Source of the DNA: Nemertoderma westbladi
Lineage: Eukaryota; Animalia; Xenacoelomorpha
Reading direction: 5' to 3'
Assembly (NCBI GenBank): GCA_032718475.1
Contig: JAUCBJ010000064.1
Span: 1 to 64,000 of the forward strand
DNA: 64,000 bases
Both the position numbers and the translations under genes were made by a program. Numbering within the stretch: the first letter of the stretch is position 1; each line of letters opens with the position of its first letter. Shown piece after piece: positions 34,956 through 47,132 of this stretch. The notes beneath the pieces are model-generated. The model was not told the origin of the DNA and searched no databases. It saw nothing but the letters and a program-made list of their open reading frames with translations.

Positions 34956-36951
34956 CTGAGCTGTTACAGAACGCTTTGTTACACATTGGGTTTGTGCATG
35001 GGCAGGGCCTTTCTCCAGTGTGGTTCCGTAAATGAATCTTAAGATTTTCCCATCTAGAAAACATCCGATTACAAGATTCAACCTGAAATTAGTTTGAGTA
35101 ATTGATTTATTAATAATTATTAATTTTAAAATTAATAATAATCACTTATTTAATAATAATTAATACTAGTGACGGGCCTAGCGGCCCGATAAGGAACCGA
35201 CTTTTTATTTCAAATAAAAGAGACAACGAGAATTATTATAGAACTAATAATTATGTAAAAATACAATCATATTTCATACAATAATTATTAATAAATTCGA
35301 TCTATTATTAGTTACTCAATTCTAGAACAAAATCGACCTGCAACTAGTGAAGACCTCGTTTTGGAATTTCGAAACCACGCTGGTGCGATGCGCGATATCG
35401 TGTTTAGTTAATAAATTGAAAACTCCATCAATTCATGTGCAACCAGTAATAAGAAATCGCGATAAATGTAATTAAATAAAAATTATTCTAGAAACATTTT
35501 CCTCAAAAAGTATGAAGTCTTGTCATTGGTGACGCGAAACTAGGCTAGTGAGATTCAGGATATTGCGTTTAATATAAAAATCGAAAACGCTATCGAATTC
35601 CGTAAAGGCGTTAATAAAATACTGCAACTTTTTTGAAATTTGTAAAATTCTAGAACTGGAAAAAATTATTTTTTGAACGGCGCTGTTTGGGGTTTGGAAA
35701 CATGGATAGGCTGAAAGAGGACATCGAATTAAGTTGAAAAATGAAAACCCCATCGAATTTGGACAAAGCGTTCCGGAGTTATAGCGGATCGAAAAAAATT
35801 GACCCCCCCCAGTCGCCAAAAATTTACAGTAATTTAAAATTTTGCAAAAAAAATTTTTTGCGTTATTTTTGATGGCGAATCGATTGGCAGTACAGGCTAC
35901 GAAAATTTTTTTTTGAAATTTTTGGTCAGAAAAAAAACATGGAAAAAGTATATTTTTAAAAAGATTTGATGTCTTTGCCTATGGTCAGAGAATGATCCAA
36001 CTCTGTAACTTGGCAATCGCTCAAATCCATTCAGCTGAATGGCACAGTAGAGTAAACTAAAGTAAATTCCCTATACAATGTTCTGAAGGGGTGACTGACA
36101 GAGAGTAATCCAACAATAAAACATTTTGCAATAATGTTGGCATTAATGTAGCCAACTCACTGTGTACGTAACAGTCATTCAGCTTACATTAGCAGAGTGA
36201 GATATTCCCATAGATTGCATTGGGAAGAGTAATTCAGCTGAGGCGATATTAGATTTCAAACTAAACCAACGAGTTAATAATGTTTGCTTTGACAGAGAGT
36301 GGTGGCCTATACAAACAGTATGGGTGTACTAAGTACAATAATCTTGGCAACCTCATCGATTTATACTAAGCCTTGTGTAGAAATGCATTACATAAGCCAT
36401 TTTTCATCAGGACACCAGCTGTCATGGGTGTTATTTTACCATTGCGCCTATGGCGTTTTTTCGTTTATCTCTATTTTTCGAGCCCAGAGGCTATGGACGG
36501 AGTAGTCGATCATGCCAGGGACCTTAGAATCGCGGTATCTAGATGCTGTGAAAATTTCATCAAAATCGTTAGAGTAGTTTTGGCTGTAGATCAGCCAGTC
36601 AGCCAGCCAGCCAGCCAGCCAGTCAGCTAACAATTCTTACAGTAATGAACCTCTCGGTTCCTAATTAAAAAAAATAACCTTTATTGCTCATGCAGCAGTT
36701 AATTGTTGACAGACTTTGAATCTGTTTTATTCAATTATCTATTGGGATATATTTGAATGACTCACGGGGCATATGTTGGGTCTCTCCCCACTGTGGACTC
36801 TCATGTGAACAATCAGTTTATATCGCGCGTTAAGTGACTTCTGTTGCCGTTGGCAACCAGCCCATCTGCAGATGTAATTTCCATTTTTCTTCTGTGTTTC
36901 CACAGGGGTGCTTTCAATGTGTGTCACAAATATTGACAAGTGGTGAAATAG
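34956..36951 (-). pseudogene. GLIS: GLIS exon pair, copy 2 (36766-36951, 34956-35082), intron expanded by a Helitron
   Basis: Exons identical to copy 1; the intron carries a 1.5-kb insertion absent from copies 1 and 3. Confidence 0.8.
35166..36664 (-). mobile_element. Non-autonomous Helitron-like element (1499 bp)
   Basis: The empty site (25454/25455) shows insertion between A and T with no TSD. Minus-strand 3' end is CGGGCC-GCTA-GGCCCG-TCA-CTAG; (CAGC)n microsatellite near the other end. Confidence 0.8.
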
Positions 36952-37295
36952 CTGTAAAATATATAAGGATGAAATGGTAGTATGAAGCGAAACAATGTGA
37001 AGATATTAACTTCATATCAAACATACCATACAAAAATATTCATGTACATATTGAAATAAATGTTTGAAATAGAGAATATGAAGATATATATTTGACTGTA
37101 TTACTTCATATAACCATTCTCAGCTGGTTTTTTTTTTAGACTGCTTAGTGCTTTTTTTAAATGACAAACTAGACAAAGATATAAAAAGACACATAAAAGT
37201 TATATAAAAAAGAAAAACCTCACCCACCACCAGGCTACTGTACAATGGTGTTTAGCTAAGCTTAGCTAGCTGTTAATTGTAGTGCGCGCGGGAAT

Positions 37296-39110
37296 TATTA
37301 AAATTAAAATTAACGGTAAATGTTATAGCTCTGAAAATAAGTGGTTTTTTAAGTTTGACGTAAAAGACGATTTTGATTTTTTATTGCGTAGCTCTAGTGG
37401 CACAGAATTCCAGATCGAGGGTCCTCGAAAACTCACTGATCTCTGTGAGGAAGTTAGGTGACATATTGGTATTGAGAAGTTGCCATGGGAAGCGCTGTGG
37501 GTATGTTAGTTGTGGACTGAAGAACGTTTTTGGAATAGTTTACCGAGGGTGGAATTTGGGCTTATGGTTTTCGAATAAATATCGTACATGAAGGTGCAAA
37601 CTGATAGTTCATAGAGTTTGTTAAGTGGTAAAATATTTAATTGTTTGTAAATGGGAATTGATGACGATCTGTAGTGTGAAAATGTAATACAGCTTAAAAG
37701 TTTATTGATTTTTGTACGTAGTAGTTTCAGTGTGGTGGAATGTGTGCTACCCCATACCAGGATCCCATAATTAACGTAGGGATGGATCAGTGAAAAGTAG
37801 AGGGTTCTGAGTATATGTAGAGGAAATATGCGCCTAAGTTTATAGAAAAAATACCGCTGGATTTATATATATATATATTTTTTAATTTATATGTGTTTTC
37901 CACTTTAGTTTTGAATCTATCTAAATGCCAAGTAATTTTGTGTTGTCTGTCTGTTCGATATCGGTGTTGTTAATTTTAAGTTGTAATCTGTTGTTATCGG
38001 TGGCAGTAGGAATAGGAAGGTTAGTAAATATGGTGTACTCAGTTTTCTTCAGGTTTAGTAATAGTTTATTGTCAAGTAACCAGTCGTAGATTTTTGTTAA
38101 TTCACTGTTTGTACTAGATATTAATGAGAGGATATCACGATGTGAGTTGAGTAGAGTTGTGTCGTCAGCGAAAAGTGTACTAAGTAAGTTTGTTGCTTTG
38201 GGTAAGTCATTAATAAAAATGAGAAATAGTATGGGAGAGAGGACCGATCCCTGGGGGACACCACAAATGATAGGTAATAAAGTTGAATTAATGCCGTCGA
38301 TGGAGACAAATTGTTTGCGATTAGAGAGGAAACTCGAAATAAGTTGAAGGGGTAGGCCTCTGATACCATAGGTCTCAAGCTTATTAATAAGGATTTTGCG
38401 GTCTATGGTATCAAAGGCCTTTTTAAGGTCAATGTATAAGGTGCATAATGAATGATGGCAATCAAACATAGAGTTAATTTTTTCCGTTATAGATAGTAGT
38501 GCGTGAGAGGTGGTTGTTATTGGTCTAAAGCCGTATTGGGATTCTGTAATTTCATGGAGTATTTGTTTAAGTAGGATTGTAATTGTTCATTAATTAATTG
38601 TTCTAGAATTTTGCTTAGTACTGGTAGTAATGATATAGGACGGTAATTATTCGGGTCTGTAGGATCGTCTGATTTGAATAGTGGTATAACTTTAGCAATT
38701 TTTAATGAATTGGGAAAAAAGCCGTACTTTATTGAAAGGTTGAATAAGTAGCACAGGTGTTGGGAAAGTGGTTTGGCAGCAAGTCGGAGTAGTTTGGTGG
38801 GGAACAACGGATCGTTAGAACTGCAGTTTAATTTGAGGTTGAGGATTCGGTATTATAATTCTATTGGAGATGTTTTTGTTAATGTAAAAGAGTTCACTCT
38901 ATAGTATTTGAAATATGGCGTCGGGGGGATTGGGGTGTGCAAGTCGGTAAGGTACTTTGGAGTTTAGTTCCAATGGTTGAAAAGTGTTCGTTGAATATTT
39001 CTGTAATTAATTTGAGTTGGGTCTGATACAATTTGTGCGGAGGTATTCGTTTTTATAATAAGTTTTTTGGGTGATGATTTAGAAGTTGTTTTGTGGAGTA
39101 AATTGTTACG
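37296..39110 (-). mobile_element. CR1-group LINE fragment (longer copy)
   Basis: KIAKVIPLFK..NYRPISLLPVLSKILE (38517-38807) plus RT core (37921-38469); frameshifted. Confidence 0.85.
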
Positions 39111-41043
39111 TAAATAATAAGTAATAATTATTAAATTCTCTACTCCCCCCCCCCCCCCCCCCCCCCCCACTCAGCTTCCAACTTATTTATCCAATAAGAT
39201 GCGAACGATTCCCAGATACAATGCTTCTATATATAGGGACATTTACATTGTGAACTTTAGCTGCTGTCATATATTAATGAGGCCTACGTGCGTTGGTTAT
39301 TATTGGTTAATTTAACCTGCATTTCAGACATTTCTGGTGTGTATAATCTGCAAAAAATTATAACTACAATACAAAGAAGTTAAAGCTGTCAATTAAGTGA
39401 AAATAGCAATTGTTTGTTTACGTCTTAATTTACTAAGGTGAATTTAATTTAATTTATAAATAAATGAAAAATATTAAAATATAAAAAAGAAATATGTACA
39501 GTGTTCACAGAATAGTCTTTAAATAGAACCGTCACCGAATATTCTAAAAACGCGAAAATCGGAGTGGAGAGGAAGCGAGCAGAGTGGAGTAGGGGGGGCG
39601 GGCCGTACCTGAAATCGCGAAGGGCCTGAGCGCGTGGGCGCGAGGATTGATTCAAGGTAAGAACCCGGGCCTTAAATGTGCAGGAAATTACCACGAACAA
39701 TACCTTGGGTACTAGTGAACGGAAAGTGAAGTACCGGCGCAGCGGTAAGTCTCGTTTGCCTGACGTGATATTCGGGCTCGGTTCAACTGTCTTCTTAAAT
39801 CTTCAGCTCAGCAGCTCTCTTCATTTTTTTTTTCGTTATTCTATAACATTCTATTCCCATATTACTAATATGACCAAACCACAGTTAATACTAATAAATT
39901 CACCCATTTCTTATTACAAATATTAAGATTTTATGTGAATAATACGTACGTATCGAGAGAAAAATAAGTACTTTTTCCCTAGGGAAAAAAATAACACAAA
40001 CTTTTGTTGCGAAATGTTTTTGAGTGTGTCTAGTAACTTAATTACTGACGGACCACCTTACACGGAGCAACTTTTTTTGAAAAACAAGTAGCAGAAAAAA
40101 CGTTTCTCCATGTGAGGGTGCATGGGGGTCCTAATAGATATTAAATGTAAACAACAACAAAATTAAATGAAATGAAATGAAATTAAATAAAAATTAAATG
40201 TTCAGTTGAGTAGAGTTGTGTCGTCAGCGAAAAGTGTACTAAGTAAGTTTGTTGCTTTGGGTAAGTCATTAATAAAATGAGAAATAGTATGGGAGAGAGG
40301 ACCGATCCCTGGGGGACACCACTAATGATAGGTAATAAAGTTGAATTAATGCCGTCAATGGAGACAAATTGTTTGCGATTAGAGAGGAAACTAGAAATAA
40401 GTTGAAGGGGTAGGCCTCTGATACCATAGGTATCAAGCTTATTAATAAGGATTTTGCGGTCTATGGTATCAAAGGCCTTTTTAAGGTCAATGTATAAGGC
40501 GCATGTTGAATGATGTTAATATATTAAGGCAAAATTTTTGAAAAAAATAATAGATTTCTTAACAGATTAAAATACATACAAACACAAACTGTCTTATGGC
40601 ATTATGTAATTTGTTGTCGTAAATAGTTGTATATGTAATCAATGTCACTGTACTGTACAGTGTACATACGGTAATGAATGAATTTGATTCCTTGGGATCT
40701 CTCTAGATCGGATATTAAACTTTAATTCAAAAATATATATATTGTAATTTGTAATTAGTATTTAGTTTTTATTGGCTATTTTACCAAGCAGTAGCTCGTT
40801 CTAGGCGTGGGCATTCCTGTGCTACAAATCAAGAGGCCCCGGTTCGATCCCTTGATTGGGCAGCACTATTTGGGTAAAGTGCTTTTAATTATGGCAGCTT
40901 AGCACCACCACCCTGGTTTTCATCCTTAACTGGTCGATAAATGGAAACCAATGCAACTTGGTAAACAGATAGTAGAAAATAACACAGTGAACGGAGTTTA
41001 AATAAACTAAAAAATTATCCTATTCATTTACTATTTTACGTAC

Positions 41044-41540
41044 CTGAGCTGTTACAGAACGCTTTGTTACACATTGGGTTTGTGCATGGGCAGGGCCTTT
41101 CTCCAGTGTGGTTCCGTAAATGAATCTTAAGATTTTCCCATCTAGAAAACATCCGATTACAAGATTCAACCTGAAATTAGTTTGAGTAATTGATTTATTA
41201 ATAATTATTAATTTTAAAATTAATAATAATCACTTATTTAATAATAATTAATATTAAAAAAAATAACCTTTATTGCTCATGCAGCAGTTAATTGTTGACA
41301 GACTTTGAATCTGTTTTATTCAATTATCTATTGGGATATATTTGAATGACTCACGGGGCATATGTTGGGTCTCTCCCCACTGTGGACTCTCATGTGAACA
41401 ATCAGTTTATATCGCGCGTTAAGTGACTTCTGTTGCCGTTGGCAACCAGCCCATCTGCAGATGTAATTTCCATTTTTCTTCTGTGTTTCCACAGGGGTGC
41501 TTTCAATGTGTGTCACAAATATTGACAAGTGGTGAAATAG
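41044..41540 (-). pseudogene. GLIS: GLIS exon pair, copy 3 (41355-41540, 41044-41170)
   Basis: Identical to copy 1 at offset 15799. Confidence 0.8.
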
Positions 41541-42283
41541 CTGTAAAATATATAAGGATGAAATGGTAGTATGAAGCGAAACAATGTGAAGATATTAACT
41601 TCATATCAAACATACCATACAAAAATATTCATGTACATATTGAAATAAATGTTTGAAATAGAGAATATGAAGATATATATTTGACTGTATTACTTCATAT
41701 AAACATTCTCAGCTGGTTTTTTTTTTAGACTGCTTAGTGCTTTTTTTAAATGACAAACTAGACAAAGATATAAAAAGACACATAAAAGTTATATAAAAAA
41801 GAAAAACCTCACCCACCACCAGGCTACTGTACAATGGTGTTTAGCTAAGCTTAGCTAGCTGTTAATTGTAGTGCGCGCGGGAATTTCAAAATTTTTAGTT
41901 TATGCTTGTATCAGCATTTGTCAAACGGATAGAGGCTTGAGCGATGTAGCCTGGTAGCTCACTCACCTGGTAGCTCACTCACCTGGTAGCATTCTACCTA
42001 TATTACCGAACACATACACGTATGTATTGTGTAACGTAAATCAAACAGTTTAACAACATTGTGGTTCGCATATATTTTAATTCTGTTTCAATTTTTATTG
42101 GGATTATTAGCTTTATTTTTGTATGATTGAATATTAAAATTAACGTTTCTCGTTAATTTAATTTAACGTTAAGAAAAAACGTTTCTCCATGTGAGGGGTG
42201 CATGGGGGTCCTAATAGATATTAAATGTAAACAACAAAAAAATTAAATGAAATGAAATGAAATTAAATAAAAATTAAATGGTC

Positions 42284-43735
42284 AGTTGAGTAGAGTTGTG
42301 TCGTCAGCGAAAAGTGTACTAAGTAAGTTTGTTGCTTTGGGTAAGTCATTAATAAAAATGAGAAATAGTATGGGAGAGAGGACCGATCCCTGGGGGACAC
42401 CACAAATGATAGGTAATAAAGTTGAATTAATGCCGTCAATGGAGACAAATTGTTTGCGATTATAGAGGAAACTCGAAATAAGTTGAAGGGGTAGGCCTCT
42501 GATACCATAGGTCTCAAGCTTATTAATAAGGATTTTGTGGTCTATGGTATCAAAGGCCTTTTTAAGGTCAATGTATAAGGCGCATGTTGAATGATGGCAA
42601 TCAAACATAGAGTTAATTTTTTCCGTTATAGATAGTAGTGCGTGAGAGGTGGTTGTTTTTGGTCCAAAGCCGTATTGGGATTCTGTAATTACATGGAGTA
42701 TTTGTTTAAGTAGGATTGTAATTGTTCATTAATTAATTGTTCTAGAATTTTGCTTAGTACTGGTAGTAATGATATAGGACGGTAATTATTCGGGTCTGTA
42801 GGATCGTCTGATTTGAATAGTGGTATAACTTTAGCAATTTTTAATGAATCGGGAAAAAAGCCGTACTTTATTGAAAGGTTGAATAAGTAGCACAGGTGTT
42901 GGGAAAGTGGTTTGGCAGCAAGTCGGAGTAGTTTGGTGGGGAACGGATCGTTAGAACTGCAGTTTAATTTGAGGTTGAGGATTCGGTATTATAATTCTAT
43001 TGGAGATGTTTCTTGTTAATGTAAAAGAGTTCACTCTAGTATTTGAAATATGGCGTCGGGGGGATCGGGGTGTGCAAGTCGGTAAGGTACTTTGGAGTTT
43101 AGTTCCAATGGTTGAAAAGTGTTCGTTGAATATTTCTGATAATTTGAGTTGGGTCTGATACAATTTGTGCGGAGGTATTCGTTTTTATAATAAGTTTTTT
43201 GGGTGATGATTTAGAAGTTGTTTTGTGGAGTACAGTATTAATTATCGACCAAGTTTTGCGGGAATTTGTAATGTTGTTATCAAATTGTTGCGAATAATAT
43301 TTTTTTTCGGCAATTTTTAAGGTTTTTGTGAGATGATTACGATAGTCGGTAAAACATTTACGGTTGGTTTCAGTTCGGTTTTTTAAATAGTTCCTTTATA
43401 ATTTGTCTTTAGTTCTGATTGATTTGAGTAGACTTTCAGTGATCCATGCTTTGAGGGGCCGAGTTTTGTGTGTATATGATTTTGAAGGAATATGAGAGGA
43501 GCAAATGTTGGTGAGATTATCGTAAAAACAGTCAAACTTTGAGGTGATGGGTATTGATTTATCGGTGTAGGACTAGTTGTTGGAGGGTTTATTAATGTCA
43601 CGAAAGAAAGAAGATTCGTCAAGTTTTGAATAGTCGAAAGTGTGGCGTGGTTTAGGTTCATTGAAAATACAGCTAAATTTTTGTAAAATGATAAATGTTG
43701 CATGGTGATCTGAATTACCTATTTATAGTTAAAAG
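42284..43735 (-). mobile_element. CR1-group LINE fragment (N-terminal RT region and upstream linker)
   Basis: ORF 42282-42608 RT motifs; colinear with 38157-39090 and extending further 5'. Confidence 0.8.
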
Positions 43736-43743
43736 TACCCGCA

Positions 43744-45330
43744 TTGAAAACTGAGGTGGTTACATCGTCAGGGGTAATCGCCACATTGCTGGAATGTATT
43801 GAGCATTATAGATCCAAAAGTTCCGCAGTGTACCTGCTTCAGCTAGATATAGAATCGGCCTTCGACAATGTTGAGTACTGCACACTCATTCGAAAGCTGC
43901 TGGACCATGGAGTCAACCCTCACATCGCAGCTACGGTCTACTCATATTACACTTGAGGTATAGTTTTTCTCAAATTCAATGGTAGCATCGATTGTAACGG
44001 CATACATGTAGCCCAAGGTTTAAACCAAGGTTCTCTACTATCACCAACTATTTTTAACTTATACACAGCTGATATAACTGCGGCTCTAGAGAGTTCCAAC
44101 TTAGGTTGTCGTGTCGGCCCTGTGTGGTTAGGCGCCATAGTATACGCCGATGACTCCCTCCTTCTTAGCACCTCGGCTACTGATCTCGAACGTATGGCAA
44201 TGATTGTAAGTGATAAAGCAGACGAGGTCTGTCTTAGCTTTGAACCCACTAAAACCTCATGGATTGTAGTCGACAGCATCCAAAATCATGTCATAAACCC
44301 TGCTTTATCATCATACGTGGATCTCTTGTTGCAAGAAGTTCTTCCCTTACCTTCTTAGGATACAACCTTAAAAGTTCATCGAACTCCAAAGTAATCCTTA
44401 ATGATTCTATCAGGTTGATAGCTTACTACTCTCAAACATTTCACACTAGAGGCTGGACAACGCGCTGGCTTCCTCCTAAGGTGGTCTTCCGACTATGGGA
44501 CTCCCTAGCTGTACCAGCTACCTCAAATGGATTAAAATTCAATATAGGTTCTCATACCTCCACTGATCGTGACGCTCTTGATGTATTCTACCGCAAATCG
44601 TTAAGAGGTTTACTAAACCTTGGCCCATATGTTGGGAATTGCACTCTTTACCACGTCGCCAATCTTGTGCCAATCTCGATTGCTGCACTTCGGTTGTGTG
44701 TCGGTACCGTCCTGCGCATATCGAACTGTCCTAGTCGCTTTCTACAACTAATTTGTCGGATTGCAATGTTCAGCAATGTGCTCCCCCTGGCGTCGTGTCG
44801 CGGCATTTCTTGTGGCTACAGCATCGCGCGCTCATCCTACGCCTTACCTGACCTGCTTTCTGTACTCAACTTTTCATATTCCAAAAGTGAGCTGGTGTCG
44901 TGCATTTCCCTTGCCAAGCCGACATATCGTGAACTGATCAGCTCAAATTTCATTAGAACTACACTCAAACTCAAAACAAACAACATTGAAGAGAAAAGAG
45001 CCAGAATACTCTCATATTATGGCGTTTTCTAATCTGAAATCCAACTATATTTGCAGCGCAAACTCCTATCATAATCACTTCTACCTGCACTCTGCAATCC
45101 CCCCCCCCCCCCTCCTCACTTAATGTTAATATGGTTATGTGGTCCATCCTTCGAGATAGAAAACCTTATGACATGCTTCTCATTACATCTGCACCAAGTT
45201 TTCTTATTTTTTTACAATAACCTGATGCGTTTTGCTCAAACATGCTGTATGTGCATTTTATTTACCTACATATGTTATCTTTGTCTGATGCGTTTTGCCC
45301 AAATATATGTGCACTTTTTTTACCTATGTT
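43744..45330 (+). mobile_element. Degenerate RTE-X-like LINE RT fragment
   Basis: LQLDIESAFDNV, GLNQGSLLSPTIFNLY, LGCRVGPVWLGAIVYADD, FLGY; one stop and a frameshift. Clade call rests on the GC-x-G..YADD pattern. Confidence 0.7.
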
Positions 45331-45863
45331 ATCTTTATCCTATTGCCAATCCATCTAGAATATTCAGCTCGTACTTAGTATGTAGTAAGTAATCCAACTG
45401 TCAGACTGTTGTTTTGCAACAAGACCGTTTAACTAGGCCTAACTGAAACTTGAAGTTTGTCTACGGGACCATGGGCGATAAGGATGCAGGAAGCTGGAAG
45501 AGGTGTGGTCCTCAAGTTCTCTCTACCCTTGAGGCAATTGAGAAAGAACTAAAATCTCTAAATCTTTCTATTGACTCGGTGATGTCTGATACCGCACTAA
45601 TTCCTTCCCTTGTTAAAGAGATTGAGGTTCTGAAACGAGTGAACGACGATCTCAAAACTGATTTAGAGGAAGCGAAAACAGCAAACGATGATCTGGATCA
45701 ATACCAGCGGCGTCACAATGTATTGATACACGGTGTTCCGGAGTCGCCGGATCCGGCCACGGAGCGCGCCAGGCTCTCAGCAATCCTTACTGAGCTTGGG
45801 CTTCTAATGTCCGAAGTTGATGTATACCACCAGCTGGGTTCGCCGATCTCCACCTGACCTCGT

Positions 45864-46421
45864 TGTGACGGGATCCAGGAAGGATCCCGGTTTATCCGGT
45901 TGTTTAGTTCACGCGTCCCTGCCATGTGTATGAAAGGTAAAAGGAGTTCCTGTCGTTCGTCGTATATAATAATCGGTTGTACGGATATATAGATATAGGG
46001 TATATAGATATAGGCATATGAATAATGTTGTCGTATACGGAAGGCGGGTTACGGTAATTAAAGTCCCGGTCCTTCCCTAGCTAAACTAACTAACCTAACT
46101 AGCACCAATATGATACTGAGATAACTGAACTGATATGATTACTGCCAACTGGCTATATTGCACGGGTTGGCCTTGTTACTCTACCTGATCGATGCTTCCC
46201 CCCTCTGATTGGTTGATACCCTTGTTGGCGCCCTTTGGAGTGTTCCCGTTCACCCCAGCTATTCTCTCTCGGTTAGGGGTTTGGCCCCTGACCCTTATTG
46301 TTTGTTCCTCCTTCCCATTTTGTTGGGGTGACACGAGTTGGTGATTGCCCAACCTCGTGGCCCCCAATATTGCTTATCGGCTTAACTTTATGGGGTGTTA
46401 GCGGGATTGAATAAGCTAACA
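45864..46421 (-). repeat. 3' LTR of element B (558 bp)
   Basis: Direct repeat of 59812-60379; three substitutions and one poly-C length difference noticed. Confidence 0.95.
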
Positions 46422-47132
46422 CTCCTCCCCATGCTATCTTCCCGGTGAGAAGATAGCATCCACCTTAAGTGCGCTACAATCCCGCTGGATCCCGATCTAG
46501 TATCGGGTGTGGGGTGGAATTCTTTTCTCTCGTAGCTGGCTTTCCAGGCCGCTCCCTATGGGTATGATAACGCTACCCTATATGCCTGGCGTCCCATGTC
46601 GGTACGATCACGCTCATCTCTCACGCGACTTTTGTTTCCCCAACACTTTCGCCCTATCTCTTCTCCACTCTCACCCTAACTCTCTCATACCCTCGGACCT
46701 CCTCGTCCCTCACTCAGCCTCTTATTCTCCCCCCCCACACTAGAATTCCGTCCGCACTCTCTCCGCACTTCACACCATTACTCCGTCCCTCAACCCCACT
46801 TCGACTACCTCATCCCTTCTGACGAATCTCCCCCCCTCTTGTGCCGTCGCACTCAAGAAGTGTGAAATCGTCTGGCGTCTCGTCCATAGTGCCATAGTCA
46901 GTTATCCCCCCAGTCCCAGTAGCTAATTGAGAAAGGTTGTATGACTATAGTACTTACTCCAAACGTATATTTATTGCTAAACTACTGATCACTACGTACG
47001 TACATATAATTGCACTTATTTAATTATTTGCATCAGCTTGATTTATACTTAATAGTTCGTACGTCCCACGCGGCGCCTTCCAGGCGTACCACGTTCAAGT
47101 CTCAGTTCCTCCCCCCCCCCGGCCCTAGGAAC

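Larger units (their letters stand above)
27468..36153. repeat. Near-perfect 4342-bp tandem duplication, each unit containing a 1420-bp internal duplication
   Basis: Identical ORF translations offset by 4342 (27601/31943, 31181/35523) and 1420 (27601/29021). Further matches at offsets 11210, ~10428 and 15799. Confidence 0.95.

Noticed and set aside
35960-36370. Possible captured gene fragment inside the Helitron
   Set aside because: The frames I read contain multiple stops and no recognisable motif; a translated search would be needed.
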